This document shows, piece by piece, positions 26,393 through 36,800 of a DNA stretch of 64,000 nucleotides (positions are counted from its first letter, which is position 1; every line of letters begins with the position of its first letter). This DNA comes from a virus: IMG/VR virus record IMGVR_UViG_3300032291_001492, positions 1 to 64,000 of that record; one strand, written 5' to 3'. The notes under the pieces were generated by a model, which worked only from the letters and a program-made list of their open reading frames with translations, was not told the origin of the DNA and made no database searches. The translations under genes were made by a program, and so were the position numbers.

Positions 26393-29300
26393 ATGGAAAA
26401 TTATTTTAAACCAATAGGTACAACTAAAGAAAGCGAACCTAATGCAGGTGGAGGAGCAGTACGTTCTGAACCAGTATTAGCAGTAGTTAAAAACAACATT
26501 GATCCTACAAGGGGCGGAAGGTTACAAGTTTATATTGCAGACTTTGGAGCACCTGATCCCGATGATAGTTCAAGTTGGGTTACTGTTGGTATGATGGTGC
26601 CCTTCTTTGGTGCTACTCAAGGCAGCGGCGGTTCAGAAGGCTACGGCAGTTACACACAAAATCCAAGTTCATATGGTATGTGGTACAGTCCACCGGACAT
26701 AGGAAGTACAGTAATTTGCATTTTTATTAACGGTGACATGAGTTATGGTTATTATATTGGTGCAGTACCTAAACCAGAAGTATTGCAAATGGTTCCTGCT
26801 ATTGGTGCAACAGACAATGTTACATTAAATGAGGGTGAAGCAGAGAGTTACGGTGGTGCCACTGTACTTCCTGTAACTAATTTAAACACTGATAATTCAA
26901 CAATAGCAGATGGTGCAGAATTTTTAACTGAAGCAAAACCTGTACATAGCTATCTTGCATCAATATATTCACAGCAAGGTTTAATTCGTGATACTGTTCG
27001 CGGTCCAATTACAAGTAGCGCCCAGCGTGAAAGCCCATCACGTGTTGGCTGGGGTGTAAGTACTCCGGGTAGACCTATCTTTGAAGGTGGATTTACTGAT
27101 GAAAATATTGTTGATCAATTAGATGGAAACACACAGGGTGATATATATGGTTTAAAAGTAATTTCTCGCCGAGGTGGTCACAGCATTGTTATGGATGACG
27201 GTGATATTACTGGGCAAGATCAATTAGTACGAATAAGAACTGCATTAGGTCACCAAATTCTAATGAGTGACAACGGGCAATGCTTACACATTATACATAG
27301 TAATGGTCAAAGTTGGATTGAGTTAGGTAAAGAAGGTACTATAGATATGTACTCAACTAATTCAGTTAATATAAGAACACAGGGTGATTTAAATTTACAT
27401 GCAGATAACAATATTAACATCAATGCAAAAAAAGATTTAAACATTGCCGCAGATAACATAAAAATAACTTCAGAGAAAAATTTTAGTTTTAAAGCTGGGG
27501 CAAACTTTAACGGTTATGCTATGGGAACGTATACGGTAAAAGTTAATGGTTCAATGAGTATGTATTCAGAAGCCGAAGGCTCATATGCAAGTAGCGGAAC
27601 AATGTATGTAAATGGTGCTGTAGTTAATTTAAATACCGGCTCAAGTTCAACTGTAGCGGCTGAAGTGCCACCTATTCCTGTAGTTGCACACACTGATACA
27701 TTATTTGATAGTGTAAAAGGTTATGCAGCAGCACCTGGAAAACTTTTAAGTATTGTCAGTAGAGCACCGGCACATGCACCGTGGGCTAGTGCAGGACAAG
27801 GAGTAGATGTTAAAGTTTCTACTAATGCAAGTAGTGAATTACCAAAACCACCTAGTAGTGAAGTAGCACAAGCAAACAAAACGACAGCAGGAACTCCTAA
27901 CAATCCAACAAGTCCTGCAGTGGCAGCTACTGTTCCCCCTAGTGCTGAAGTAAGTCCGGCTATTGACAAAAATGTAACAGCCGCTATGGTAAGTGGGGTG
28001 GCATCACAAGCCGCCGCAACAGTACCTAATTTAAGTAGTCTGGGAGCAACTACTATAACAAATGCAACGGGACAATTAACTGCCGCAGTAGGTGCTTTAG
28101 CACAGACTCCTGCACAATTAGAAATTAGTAATGTATTAAAACCCGGATCTTCTACATTGATTAATGGATTGATTCAAGGTGGGGCTAATGTACAATCTGC
28201 AATGACAAGCAATTTGTTTAAAGGCGCTCCAGGAGCATCAAACTTAAATTCTTTAGTTCAAAATACTACAGCACAAGTAACAAGTCAGGTTGCTAACTTT
28301 ACACAGGCACAAGCAGGTCTTACTAAAATAGGATTAATGACTGGTAATGAAGCACCTGGACAAATTGCAGGAATTATTACTGCAGGATCACAAATTGGAT
28401 TGAGTGCCACAACAGATTTTGTTAAAAATGCTGGCGCCGCACTAACAGCCGGAGCAGGATCACTCGCAAGTGCTGTTTCTGGGGCAGGCAGTGCAATATC
28501 AGGTGCTATGTCAGCCGGTGGTTTCGCCGCAAATATGGCAACATCTATTACAGGTGGATTAAGTTCTATCGCTACATCATTAGATGGAATGTCAAAGGTA
28601 GCAGGTGCAGGTGTAAGTGGGTTGCTTGATAGTGCAAAAGGAATTTCCGGATCTGCGTTTTCTGCAATTACCGCATCGTTCAAAGCATTTACCCCCGGCA
28701 TACCGCAAAATTTAACAGCAATTGCTGAAAAGAACGCAAAAGCTGCCGCAGCCTCAGAAGCATCTTCGGGTGCAAATGCGGGACAACAGCTTGCTAGTGC
28801 AATATCTAATGCACCTGCAGGTTTAGCCGCGGCAGCAGGTGGATTAGCAAGTGGATTAGCAGGTGGATTAGAAAATTCAGTTGGTGCAGTTAGAAATGCA
28901 TTAGGTGGAATTACTGGTGCAACTAGCGGCGGTCTTTCTTCTATTGCAGGTGCAGCAGCCTCACTAACCAACTCAATATCGTCAGTCACTAGTGCAGCCG
29001 GTGTGACTTCGGTTACTTCTGCGTTAGGAACTGCATCTGCTATTAGTGGTACAATTTCTAGACTAACATCTAGTATTCCATCAAGTATACCCGGTCTTGC
29101 AAGTGGAGTAAATTCTTTACCCGGCGGAGTTAGTGCAATATCTTCTGTTGTCAATAATGCTACCGGAGCACTTAATAATGTTCCTGGATTGGGTGCAGTA
29201 TCAGCATTAGTAAAAAACACTTCATCATCAATATTAAATGGTGTATCAGGATCAGCTACTGCATTAAGTTCTTTAGCAGGACCTTCTGCAGGAGCTTTAG

Positions 29301-29884
29301 GTGGTCTGATAAATCAAGCAACAGCTGGATTAGGTAGTTTGGGTAGTTTGGGTAGTTTGGGTAGTTTGGGTAGTCTAGGTGGGGTAGATGTTGCTGGACT
29401 TGCACAAAAAGTAGCAGCCGGAACATCTTCTTTAACTTCTTTAGCTTCTACAGGATTATCTCCTGGTGCGGCTGCATCACTAGCGGCAGCGTTTAATTCA
29501 TTAAATTCAGGTGGCTCGTTGCCTATAAAGTTACCCACAGTGGCTGCAAATACTACAGATAGAAGCGAATTAACTTCTCAAATTGCATCAGTACTTGGAA
29601 GTCCAAAGATACCTGCTCCAAATTTTAGTGGAGGCATTTCAAGTGGTGCAAGGGCTCAAGTATCACGATTAGATGATTTACTTAAACAACAACAAAAGCT
29701 AGTAGTTGAAAAAGAAGAACAGAGTAAAGTTGTCAATACTGCCCGAAGAGCGTTTCTTGAGGCAAAAAATAATCTTCCAGAAGGTGACCCGCAACTTGAA
29801 GAAGCAAAAGTCGCTTATATTGCGGAAGTAAATAAATTTTCTGCAATAACTAAAAAGATAAGCGATATAGCTAACCAAGCATAA
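26393..29884 (+). CDS. gp5: Baseplate central spike, gp5/VgrG-like, with long Ala/Ser/Gly-rich C-terminal extension
   Basis: OB-fold VKNNIDPTR.GRLQV, SYGMW..PPDIG; RRGGHSIVMDDG, RIRT..GHQILM.D; beta-helix repeats; APAH.PW. No T4-lysozyme motif seen. Confidence 0.8.
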   Translation: MENYFKPIGTTKESEPNAGGGAVRSEPVLAVVKNNIDPTRGGRLQVYIADFGAPDPDDSSSWVTVGMMVPFFGATQGSGGSEGYGSYTQNPSSYGMWYSPPDIGSTVICIFINGDMSYGYYIGAVPKPEVLQMVPAIGATDNVTLNEGEAESYGGATVLPVTNLNTDNSTIADGAEFLTEAKPVHSYLASIYSQQGLIRDTVRGPITSSAQRESPSRVGWGVSTPGRPIFEGGFTDENIVDQLDGNTQGDIYGLKVISRRGGHSIVMDDGDITGQDQLVRIRTALGHQILMSDNGQCLHIIHSNGQSWIELGKEGTIDMYSTNSVNIRTQGDLNLHADNNININAKKDLNIAADNIKITSEKNFSFKAGANFNGYAMGTYTVKVNGSMSMYSEAEGSYASSGTMYVNGAVVNLNTGSSSTVAAEVPPIPVVAHTDTLFDSVKGYAAAPGKLLSIVSRAPAHAPWASAGQGVDVKVSTNASSELPKPPSSEVAQANKTTAGTPNNPTSPAVAATVPPSAEVSPAIDKNVTAAMVSGVASQAAATVPNLSSLGATTITNATGQLTAAVGALAQTPAQLEISNVLKPGSSTLINGLIQGGANVQSAMTSNLFKGAPGASNLNSLVQNTTAQVTSQVANFTQAQAGLTKIGLMTGNEAPGQIAGIITAGSQIGLSATTDFVKNAGAALTAGAGSLASAVSGAGSAISGAMSAGGFAANMATSITGGLSSIATSLDGMSKVAGAGVSGLLDSAKGISGSAFSAITASFKAFTPGIPQNLTAIAEKNAKAAAASEASSGANAGQQLASAISNAPAGLAAAAGGLASGLAGGLENSVGAVRNALGGITGATSGGLSSIAGAAASLTNSISSVTSAAGVTSVTSALGTASAISGTISRLTSSIPSSIPGLASGVNSLPGGVSAISSVVNNATGALNNVPGLGAVSALVKNTSSSILNGVSGSATALSSLAGPSAGALGGLINQATAGLGSLGSLGSLGSLGSLGGVDVAGLAQKVAAGTSSLTSLASTGLSPGAAASLAAAFNSLNSGGSLPIKLPTVAANTTDRSELTSQIASVLGSPKIPAPNFSGGISSGARAQVSRLDDLLKQQQKLVVEKEEQSKVVNTARRAFLEAKNNLPEGDPQLEEAKVAYIAEVNKFSAITKKISDIANQA
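29330..29379 (+). repeat. 9-bp coding microsatellite (ttgggtagt)n encoding (LGS)5
   Basis: Directly visible. Confidence 0.9.
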
Positions 29885-29897
29885 GACTAAATATATC

Positions 29898-30347
29898 ATG
29901 CCTACATACATCGGATTTAGTACAATTAATGCAAATAAACCAAGATCCACTGACCTTAATGCAGGGGCAGACGGAGGGACTGGTTCTATAACACAACCTG
30001 TAATTTTTGGTAAAAAATTTAGAATTGTTGACACACAATTAGTAATCCAAGATTTCTTAAATGCTTTGAATATACAACAAGGCGAAAAAGTAGGGAATCC
30101 GGGATACGGAACAACACTATGGAGTTTTGTATTTGAACCAAATACAGCAGATGTACAGTTTCAATTAGAAAATGAAATACGTAGGGTTGCAAGTTTAGAT
30201 CCCAGAATGATATTAAATTCTGTAAAGGCTTTTCCGCAGGATAACGGAATATTACTTGAAGTTGAAATGGCTATTGCCCCATTCAATGATGCATTTCAAT
30301 TGTCAGTTTTCTTTAATAACGCAACAAATACCGCAGTATTGCAGTAA
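29898..30347 (+). CDS. gp25: Baseplate wedge/sheath initiator, gp25-like
   Basis: D.LN.LNI.QGEKVGNP.YGT.LW..FEP, DPR; CTAAATA at 29887-29893 upstream. Confidence 0.88.
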   Translation: MPTYIGFSTINANKPRSTDLNAGADGGTGSITQPVIFGKKFRIVDTQLVIQDFLNALNIQQGEKVGNPGYGTTLWSFVFEPNTADVQFQLENEIRRVASLDPRMILNSVKAFPQDNGILLEVEMAIAPFNDAFQLSVFFNNATNTAVLQ

Positions 30348-30402
30348 CCCTAAAAATCCAGTGTTTTCAGGTATGATAAATACATGAAAGAGAACACGAT
30401 CC

Positions 30403-33400
30403 ATGGCTACAAGTTCAAGACAATCAGCAATATTCGGCGTAAATGACTGGAAAGCCATTTACCAAACTTTCCGTGAAGCCGACTTTAAGAGTTATGATTA
30501 TGAAACCCTTCGTAAAAGTTTCATAGATTACTTACGTATATACTACCCTGAAACATATAACGATTATATTGAGAGTGCAGAATTTATTGCATTGCTTGAT
30601 GTTATGGCATATATGGGACAAGGTCTTGCTTTCCGTAATGATTTAAATGCACGTGAAAATTTTATCGATACTGCTGAACGTAGAGATAGTGTTATAAAAT
30701 TAGCAAATCTAGTTAGCTATACACCAAAAAGAAATCTTGCTGGTCAGGGTTATCTTAAAATTAATAGTGTACAAACTACACAAAACATTACAGATTTAAA
30801 TGGATTTAATTTAAGTAATGTTCCTGTTTTGTGGAACGATCCTGCTAACCCAAATTGGTTAGAGCAGTTCAATACAGTAATAAATGCATCATTAGTTGAT
30901 GTTCAACGAATAGGTCGCCCAGCAAATTCAGCACAAATTTTAGGGGTAAAAACTGATGAATATACTATGCAGATTCCTGCTAATAGTATACCTGTAGTTC
31001 CTTTCAATTCTAGTGTTGATGGAATAAACATGAATTTTGAATTAGTTAGTGTAACTAGTGTTGGTGAAGATTATGTATATGAGATTCCTCCGCAACCAAC
31101 AAATAGATTTAACATGCTATATCGTAATGATAAATTGGGATACGGTAGTCCAAATACAGGATTTTTCTTTTACTTTAAACAAGGTTCGTTACAAACGTTT
31201 GATTTTAATTTAGCACAACAAATTTCAAATCAAGTAGTTGATATTGATATTCAAGGTATTAATAATACTGATACATGGTTATCTCAATTGACTGCAAATA
31301 ATGGATTGATTGGTCTATGGAAACAAGTTGATAACATTTATGCTAATGCATATCTACAAACTGAAACTAGTTTTAAAAAGATTTTCTCTGTTAATAGTAG
31401 ATTTAATGACCAAGTTAGTTATGTATTTGGTGACGGGGTGTTCAGTGAAATTCCAGTTGGTTCATTTAGAGCATATGTTCGTGCAGGCAACGCACTAACT
31501 TATGTAATTCAACCTACTGAAATGCAAGGCATTTCAATTTCATTTAGTTACATTAGTCGAGTTGGTCGTCAAGAAACATTGACTGTTGGATTGTCATTAA
31601 CAACTCCTGTTTCAAATGCTCAAGCACGTGAAACATTAGCTAATATTAAACAACGTGCTCCAACTCGTTACTACACACAAAATCGTATGGTTAACGGGGA
31701 AGATTATAATAACTTTCCGTATACACTTTATAGTTCTATTATAAAGAGTAAAGCAATTAATAGAAGTAGTGTTGGTGTATCACGTAATTTAGATTTGTTA
31801 GACCCAACAGGAAAATATTCAAGTACAAATACTTTTGCAGATGATGGCGCGGTATACTTAGACACAAATAATGGTTTTTCAATATTAACTATTAATAGTT
31901 CAGGTGATATCATTACCTTCTTATCTGACACACTAGCAGCCATACTTGCTGATAATCGTTCAATTCAATATTATATACAAAACTATACTAGATATAATGT
32001 TAATCAAGCATCAGGTGATGGCACAGTTTCTTGGCAAACTAGTACAGTCAATGCAAGTAGTTTGACTGGATATTTTTATAACCTTACAAATAATGTTGAT
32101 ACTCCTATTCCAACAGGAACATATTCTACATACAATGCAAAATATATAACAAAAGGTGCATTGTTAAAATTTATTGCACCTCCTGGTTTTTACTTTGATA
32201 GTAATAATCGTTTAGTTAGTGGAGTAGCAACACCAACAGATACTACTTTTATTTGGACAACTGTTTTAAATGTTGTAGGAGATGGCTATAATAACGGATC
32301 AGGTCAATTTGCAAATGGAACAGGCCCAATTACATTAAATGGATTTGTGCCTACTGAAGCCGTGTTATCAGTAATTATACCTGCATTTGACAATACGTTA
32401 CCAAATTCAGTTATACAAGAATGTATCATAAAACTTGAATTGCAACAAAACTTTTCATTAGTGTTTAATAACTCACTAACGATTGCACAAGATCGTTGGA
32501 GTGTTGAAGCATATAACGCAACTGGTTATTTTGTTAATTTTGAAAGTACTGGGTACAACAGATATACAGTTACATATCGTTCATTAGCTTATTATTTTGG
32601 TAGTGTAGCTGATACTAGATTTACATTTGATTCAGGTAAATTAGTTTATGATCCATTCAGTGGTAAAATTTTACAAGACTTTGTAAAAGTATTAGCAACC
32701 AATACTCAACCTAGTTCTAATTATCCACTGACTGCACCAGTTTCTGCTAGTATTATAGGACAAACGGTGCAGTCTGATGGTTATATTGATGACTTTGAAG
32801 TTGAAGTAGCAAGCATTGATGTTAATGATAGAACGGTTGTCGAGAATCCAGATTTTTTTAATCAGATTACTGGGTATGTAACTGGTAATACCAATGTTGG
32901 AATTTATGCATTTTTTGAAGAAGTACAAGATGCTATTAATTTATCTCGCTTGCAATTAATACCTACAGCAGATGTTGTGTATCAATATTCAACTACTAGT
33001 CAAATTGAAGTTGTAAAATATGAATACCCTGTAGGTCAGTTGTTTTATGCATCTTCAGAAAATGTATTTTATATAACTGTGCAAGATGAAACTATTAATA
33101 CTCCTTTTTATGTATTAGTATTGCAACCACAGTATAGTATGAAGCCAGGACGTCAAGGTTTACAATTCCAATATCGTCACAATAGTAATAACACAACACG
33201 TATTGATCCTGCTACTACAAATATTATTGATTTGTATGTAGTAACACAAGCATACTATACTGCATATCAAAATTGGATTCAAGATAGTACAGATACTGTA
33301 CCGTTACCAAGTAGACCTACTATCAATGAATTAAATCAAGAATACGGACAGATACAAGATTTTAAAATGTTAAGTGATAGTGTAGTTTTAAATAGCGTTG

Positions 33401-33774
33401 TGTTTAAACCATTGTTTGGCCCTAAAGCCGCAAGTGCATTAAGAGCAACTATTAAAGTGATTCAAAATAGTAATACAAATGCTAGTGTAAGTGAGATTCG
33501 TAGTGCAATATTGGCTTCAATGGATACTTACTTTGATATTAATAATTGGAATTTTGGTGACACATTTTATTTTAGTGAATTAGCCGCATACTTACACGCA
33601 CAAAACGGATCACTAGTCAGTTCAGTTGTTTTAGTACCCAATGATCCAACAATGCGTTTTGGAGATTTATATGAAATTAAATGCCAACCATACGAAATAT
33701 TTGTTAATGCCGCAACTGCTAATGATGTAGTAGTTATAGCCGCACTTACACCCGCCGAATTACAGATAGCATAA
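30403..33774 (+). CDS. gp6: Baseplate wedge protein, gp6-like
   Basis: DFKSYDYETLR, RENFIDTAERRDSV..LA.LVSY.PKR, FGDGVF..IP, IK..AP..YYTQNRMV.GEDY; GATAAATA at 30375-30382. Confidence 0.88.
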   Translation: MATSSRQSAIFGVNDWKAIYQTFREADFKSYDYETLRKSFIDYLRIYYPETYNDYIESAEFIALLDVMAYMGQGLAFRNDLNARENFIDTAERRDSVIKLANLVSYTPKRNLAGQGYLKINSVQTTQNITDLNGFNLSNVPVLWNDPANPNWLEQFNTVINASLVDVQRIGRPANSAQILGVKTDEYTMQIPANSIPVVPFNSSVDGINMNFELVSVTSVGEDYVYEIPPQPTNRFNMLYRNDKLGYGSPNTGFFFYFKQGSLQTFDFNLAQQISNQVVDIDIQGINNTDTWLSQLTANNGLIGLWKQVDNIYANAYLQTETSFKKIFSVNSRFNDQVSYVFGDGVFSEIPVGSFRAYVRAGNALTYVIQPTEMQGISISFSYISRVGRQETLTVGLSLTTPVSNAQARETLANIKQRAPTRYYTQNRMVNGEDYNNFPYTLYSSIIKSKAINRSSVGVSRNLDLLDPTGKYSSTNTFADDGAVYLDTNNGFSILTINSSGDIITFLSDTLAAILADNRSIQYYIQNYTRYNVNQASGDGTVSWQTSTVNASSLTGYFYNLTNNVDTPIPTGTYSTYNAKYITKGALLKFIAPPGFYFDSNNRLVSGVATPTDTTFIWTTVLNVVGDGYNNGSGQFANGTGPITLNGFVPTEAVLSVIIPAFDNTLPNSVIQECIIKLELQQNFSLVFNNSLTIAQDRWSVEAYNATGYFVNFESTGYNRYTVTYRSLAYYFGSVADTRFTFDSGKLVYDPFSGKILQDFVKVLATNTQPSSNYPLTAPVSASIIGQTVQSDGYIDDFEVEVASIDVNDRTVVENPDFFNQITGYVTGNTNVGIYAFFEEVQDAINLSRLQLIPTADVVYQYSTTSQIEVVKYEYPVGQLFYASSENVFYITVQDETINTPFYVLVLQPQYSMKPGRQGLQFQYRHNSNNTTRIDPATTNIIDLYVVTQAYYTAYQNWIQDSTDTVPLPSRPTINELNQEYGQIQDFKMLSDSVVLNSVVFKPLFGPKAASALRATIKVIQNSNTNASVSEIRSAILASMDTYFDINNWNFGDTFYFSELAAYLHAQNGSLVSSVVLVPNDPTMRFGDLYEIKCQPYEIFVNAATANDVVVIAALTPAELQIA

Positions 33775-33803
33775 GTAATATATAACAATAGAGATTTTAA
33801 AAG

Positions 33804-36800
33804 ATGGCAACAAGAATTAGAACGCTAAATTTTCTTCCAGAAATATTTAAAACACAAACCAATGCACAGTTCCTAGCGGCAACACTAGATCAACTTGTAG
33901 CACAACCTAACACAAAAAAGATACAAGGTTATGTGGGTAGTAGATTTGGTTATGGAGTAAATGCGACTGATTACTATGTTACTGAACCTACTAAAGTTAG
34001 AACAGATTATCAATTAGACCCCGGTGTCGTATTCTTAAAAGAAAATGATACTACTGCAAATGACTTTATTAGTTATCCTGGTATTGTTGATGGCATAAAA
34101 CTTGAAGGTGGATTAACTCAGGATAATAATAGACTATTCAACAGTCAATTTTATTCTTGGGACTCATTCACTAATCTAGATAAAATAATTAACTTTAATG
34201 AATATTACTGGTTACCAGATGGACCTGACCGTGTAATAATTTCTACGGATGTAGTGTTTAATTCGTCTAATTATCTAGTTCAAAGTTTATCAAATGAATA
34301 TTTAATTTCTTCTGAGTCTCAATCTGCAACAAGCAATCCTACGCTTACTTTATTGAGAGGCGGATCATATACTTTTAGTGTAAATCAAAATACACAATTT
34401 TGGATACAAGGTGAACCCGGTGTTACTGGATATAGCCCAACACAGCCCAACGTGCAAACACGTGACGTATTTGGAGTTACCAATAATGGTGCTGAGAATG
34501 GGGTTATTACATTTGAAGTTCCTGCACAGAATGCATTAAACGAATATAATTTTCCTCCTGGTCCTGCCGTAGGAGTTGTATCTTCATTACCGTTTAGTCA
34601 AATCAATGGTGCAAGAGTAACTGAAATAGGCGGAATTGATGGCGTTACAGCATTGGATGGTTTGACTGTGATGTTTTATAATACCGGCATAGCTGATGAA
34701 ATAGGTTATATTCAAAAATTTTACGATCAAACTTTATTTGATGAAGACGGTGGTGTTCCTTACAATGAAGCAACTGATTATCCCGGAACATCTGAATTTT
34801 ATAATAATTATGAAGGTGGTTTTTACAGCCCAGTAAATTCTAATTTTTACACAATTACTTTGTTAGGAGACCAATCTAATCCTATCATTCAACTTACCCC
34901 GGCAGGAATTATTCCTACTAATCAAACAATCACACCTACATTTGGTTCCGAGTGGGTAAACAGAAATTTTTATAGAAGTGTAGATGGTGCAATTGCTTTA
35001 GTTCCATATAACAGTGCAATACTAGACACACTATATTATCAAGACGGTACTAATCCAAATAAAGTTGGTATTATTAGATTAGCTAATAGCAATGTTTCTA
35101 ATTCATTAGATGTTGTTACTGAGATTTTAGGAAAGCCACAATATACTGCACCCAATGGAGTAGTATTTACAAATGGATTAAAAATTTTATTCCAGGGTAA
35201 TGTTACTCCTGAAATTTATAATAACACTGAATTCTATGTTGAAGGTGTAGGTACCGCAATTGAATTAATACCAGTTGCAGATTTAGTTAGCCCCGGTGCA
35301 TTTGCTGAAGGTTCTTATATTCCATTCGACACTACGCCATATGATGTGGGTAATTTTGATTCAAGTTTATATCTTTTAATAGATCCGGATTATATTACTA
35401 TTGCAAGAAATGCAATTAATAGAAATGCATGGTCACGTAGTAATAGATGGTTTCACATTGATGTTATAAATGCAACCGCAGATTATAATAATAATCCCGA
35501 ATTAGCCTCAGTTGCTACAATTTATAATAAAGCATCTCGTCCTATTATAGAATTTTATCCAAATCTTAGTTTATTCGATTCTGGTGTGATAGGTAAACAA
35601 CCTATCGATTTTATAGATTTTAGAACTACTGATGCATTTACATTGGTTGCAGGTCAACCTACATATTATCCTGATGTTGCAGGATATACAGGCTATTCTG
35701 CAACAATTGCACCAGTCTTAGCAGCCGTTACAAGTAAAACAGCAACTCAAACAGTTGGTTTGGTAAATCAAGTTATATTAAGTCCTGACACAGCAGGTAT
35801 ATACGTTAATGACACTATTGTGTTTGGTTTAGTAACTGCCGGAGGATTTGTTCCCGGCACTACGTACAAAATCGTAACTCCGGGAAACACTGATTTCACT
35901 GCAATAGGTGCATCTTCTAACGCGGTAGGTACTGTGTTTGTTGCAACAGGGGCAGGCTCAGGAACAGGTACTGCCGGAGATGTCGATTCAGAATTTGGTG
36001 GATTAATTGCCGGAGTAACTTATTATATTACTGAAATTTTTGGCAACAGAATAACAATCTCAACTGAAAAACAAGGTACAAGTGTTATCTTGTCATCTGT
36101 AGCGGGTTCTATGAGTACGTCAATATATCCTTACAGTACAACTATCACGGTTGCAACGGATGAGGTATTTGGATTATTTGAGGTTAACCAATATATTGCA
36201 GACTCAACAGGCATTCTTCCTGCAGTAACATTTATTAATGCAATAACAGAAGTCGGGTCTAATACAATCTTAACAGTTTCTTGGTATAACCAAGAAGTTA
36301 TCACCGGAACTTCAGTTGCATCTATTGTATCTGCTGATACTACTTTATCAAACTATGCTTTATTTGATGGGGCTAGAGTAGTTTTTGCTGCCGATACTAA
36401 TTTAAGTGTTAGAAACAAAATATATATTTCTCGTTTTTCTTCTATTGATGGTACAGGAACTCCTGTAATTACACTATCTGAAGCCTTTGATGGTCAAGTA
36501 TTACCGGATGAGCAGACTTCGGTTTATAGAGGATATAATTATAAAGGTAAAGATTTTTACTTTAATGTTGAAAATTGGCAACAAGCACAACAAAAAATTA
36601 CAATTAATCAGGCCCCTAAATTTGACATATATGATGAAAATGGTATAAGTTTTGGTGATAGCACAGTTTATATTGGTACGTCATTCACTGGTTGTTCACT
36701 ATTTCAATATGGCTTGGGAACAGGTATAAGTGATCCTGTTTTGGGTTTCCCATTACGTTATAGTACAGTAAATAATATAGGTGATGTTAGTTTTGATGTT

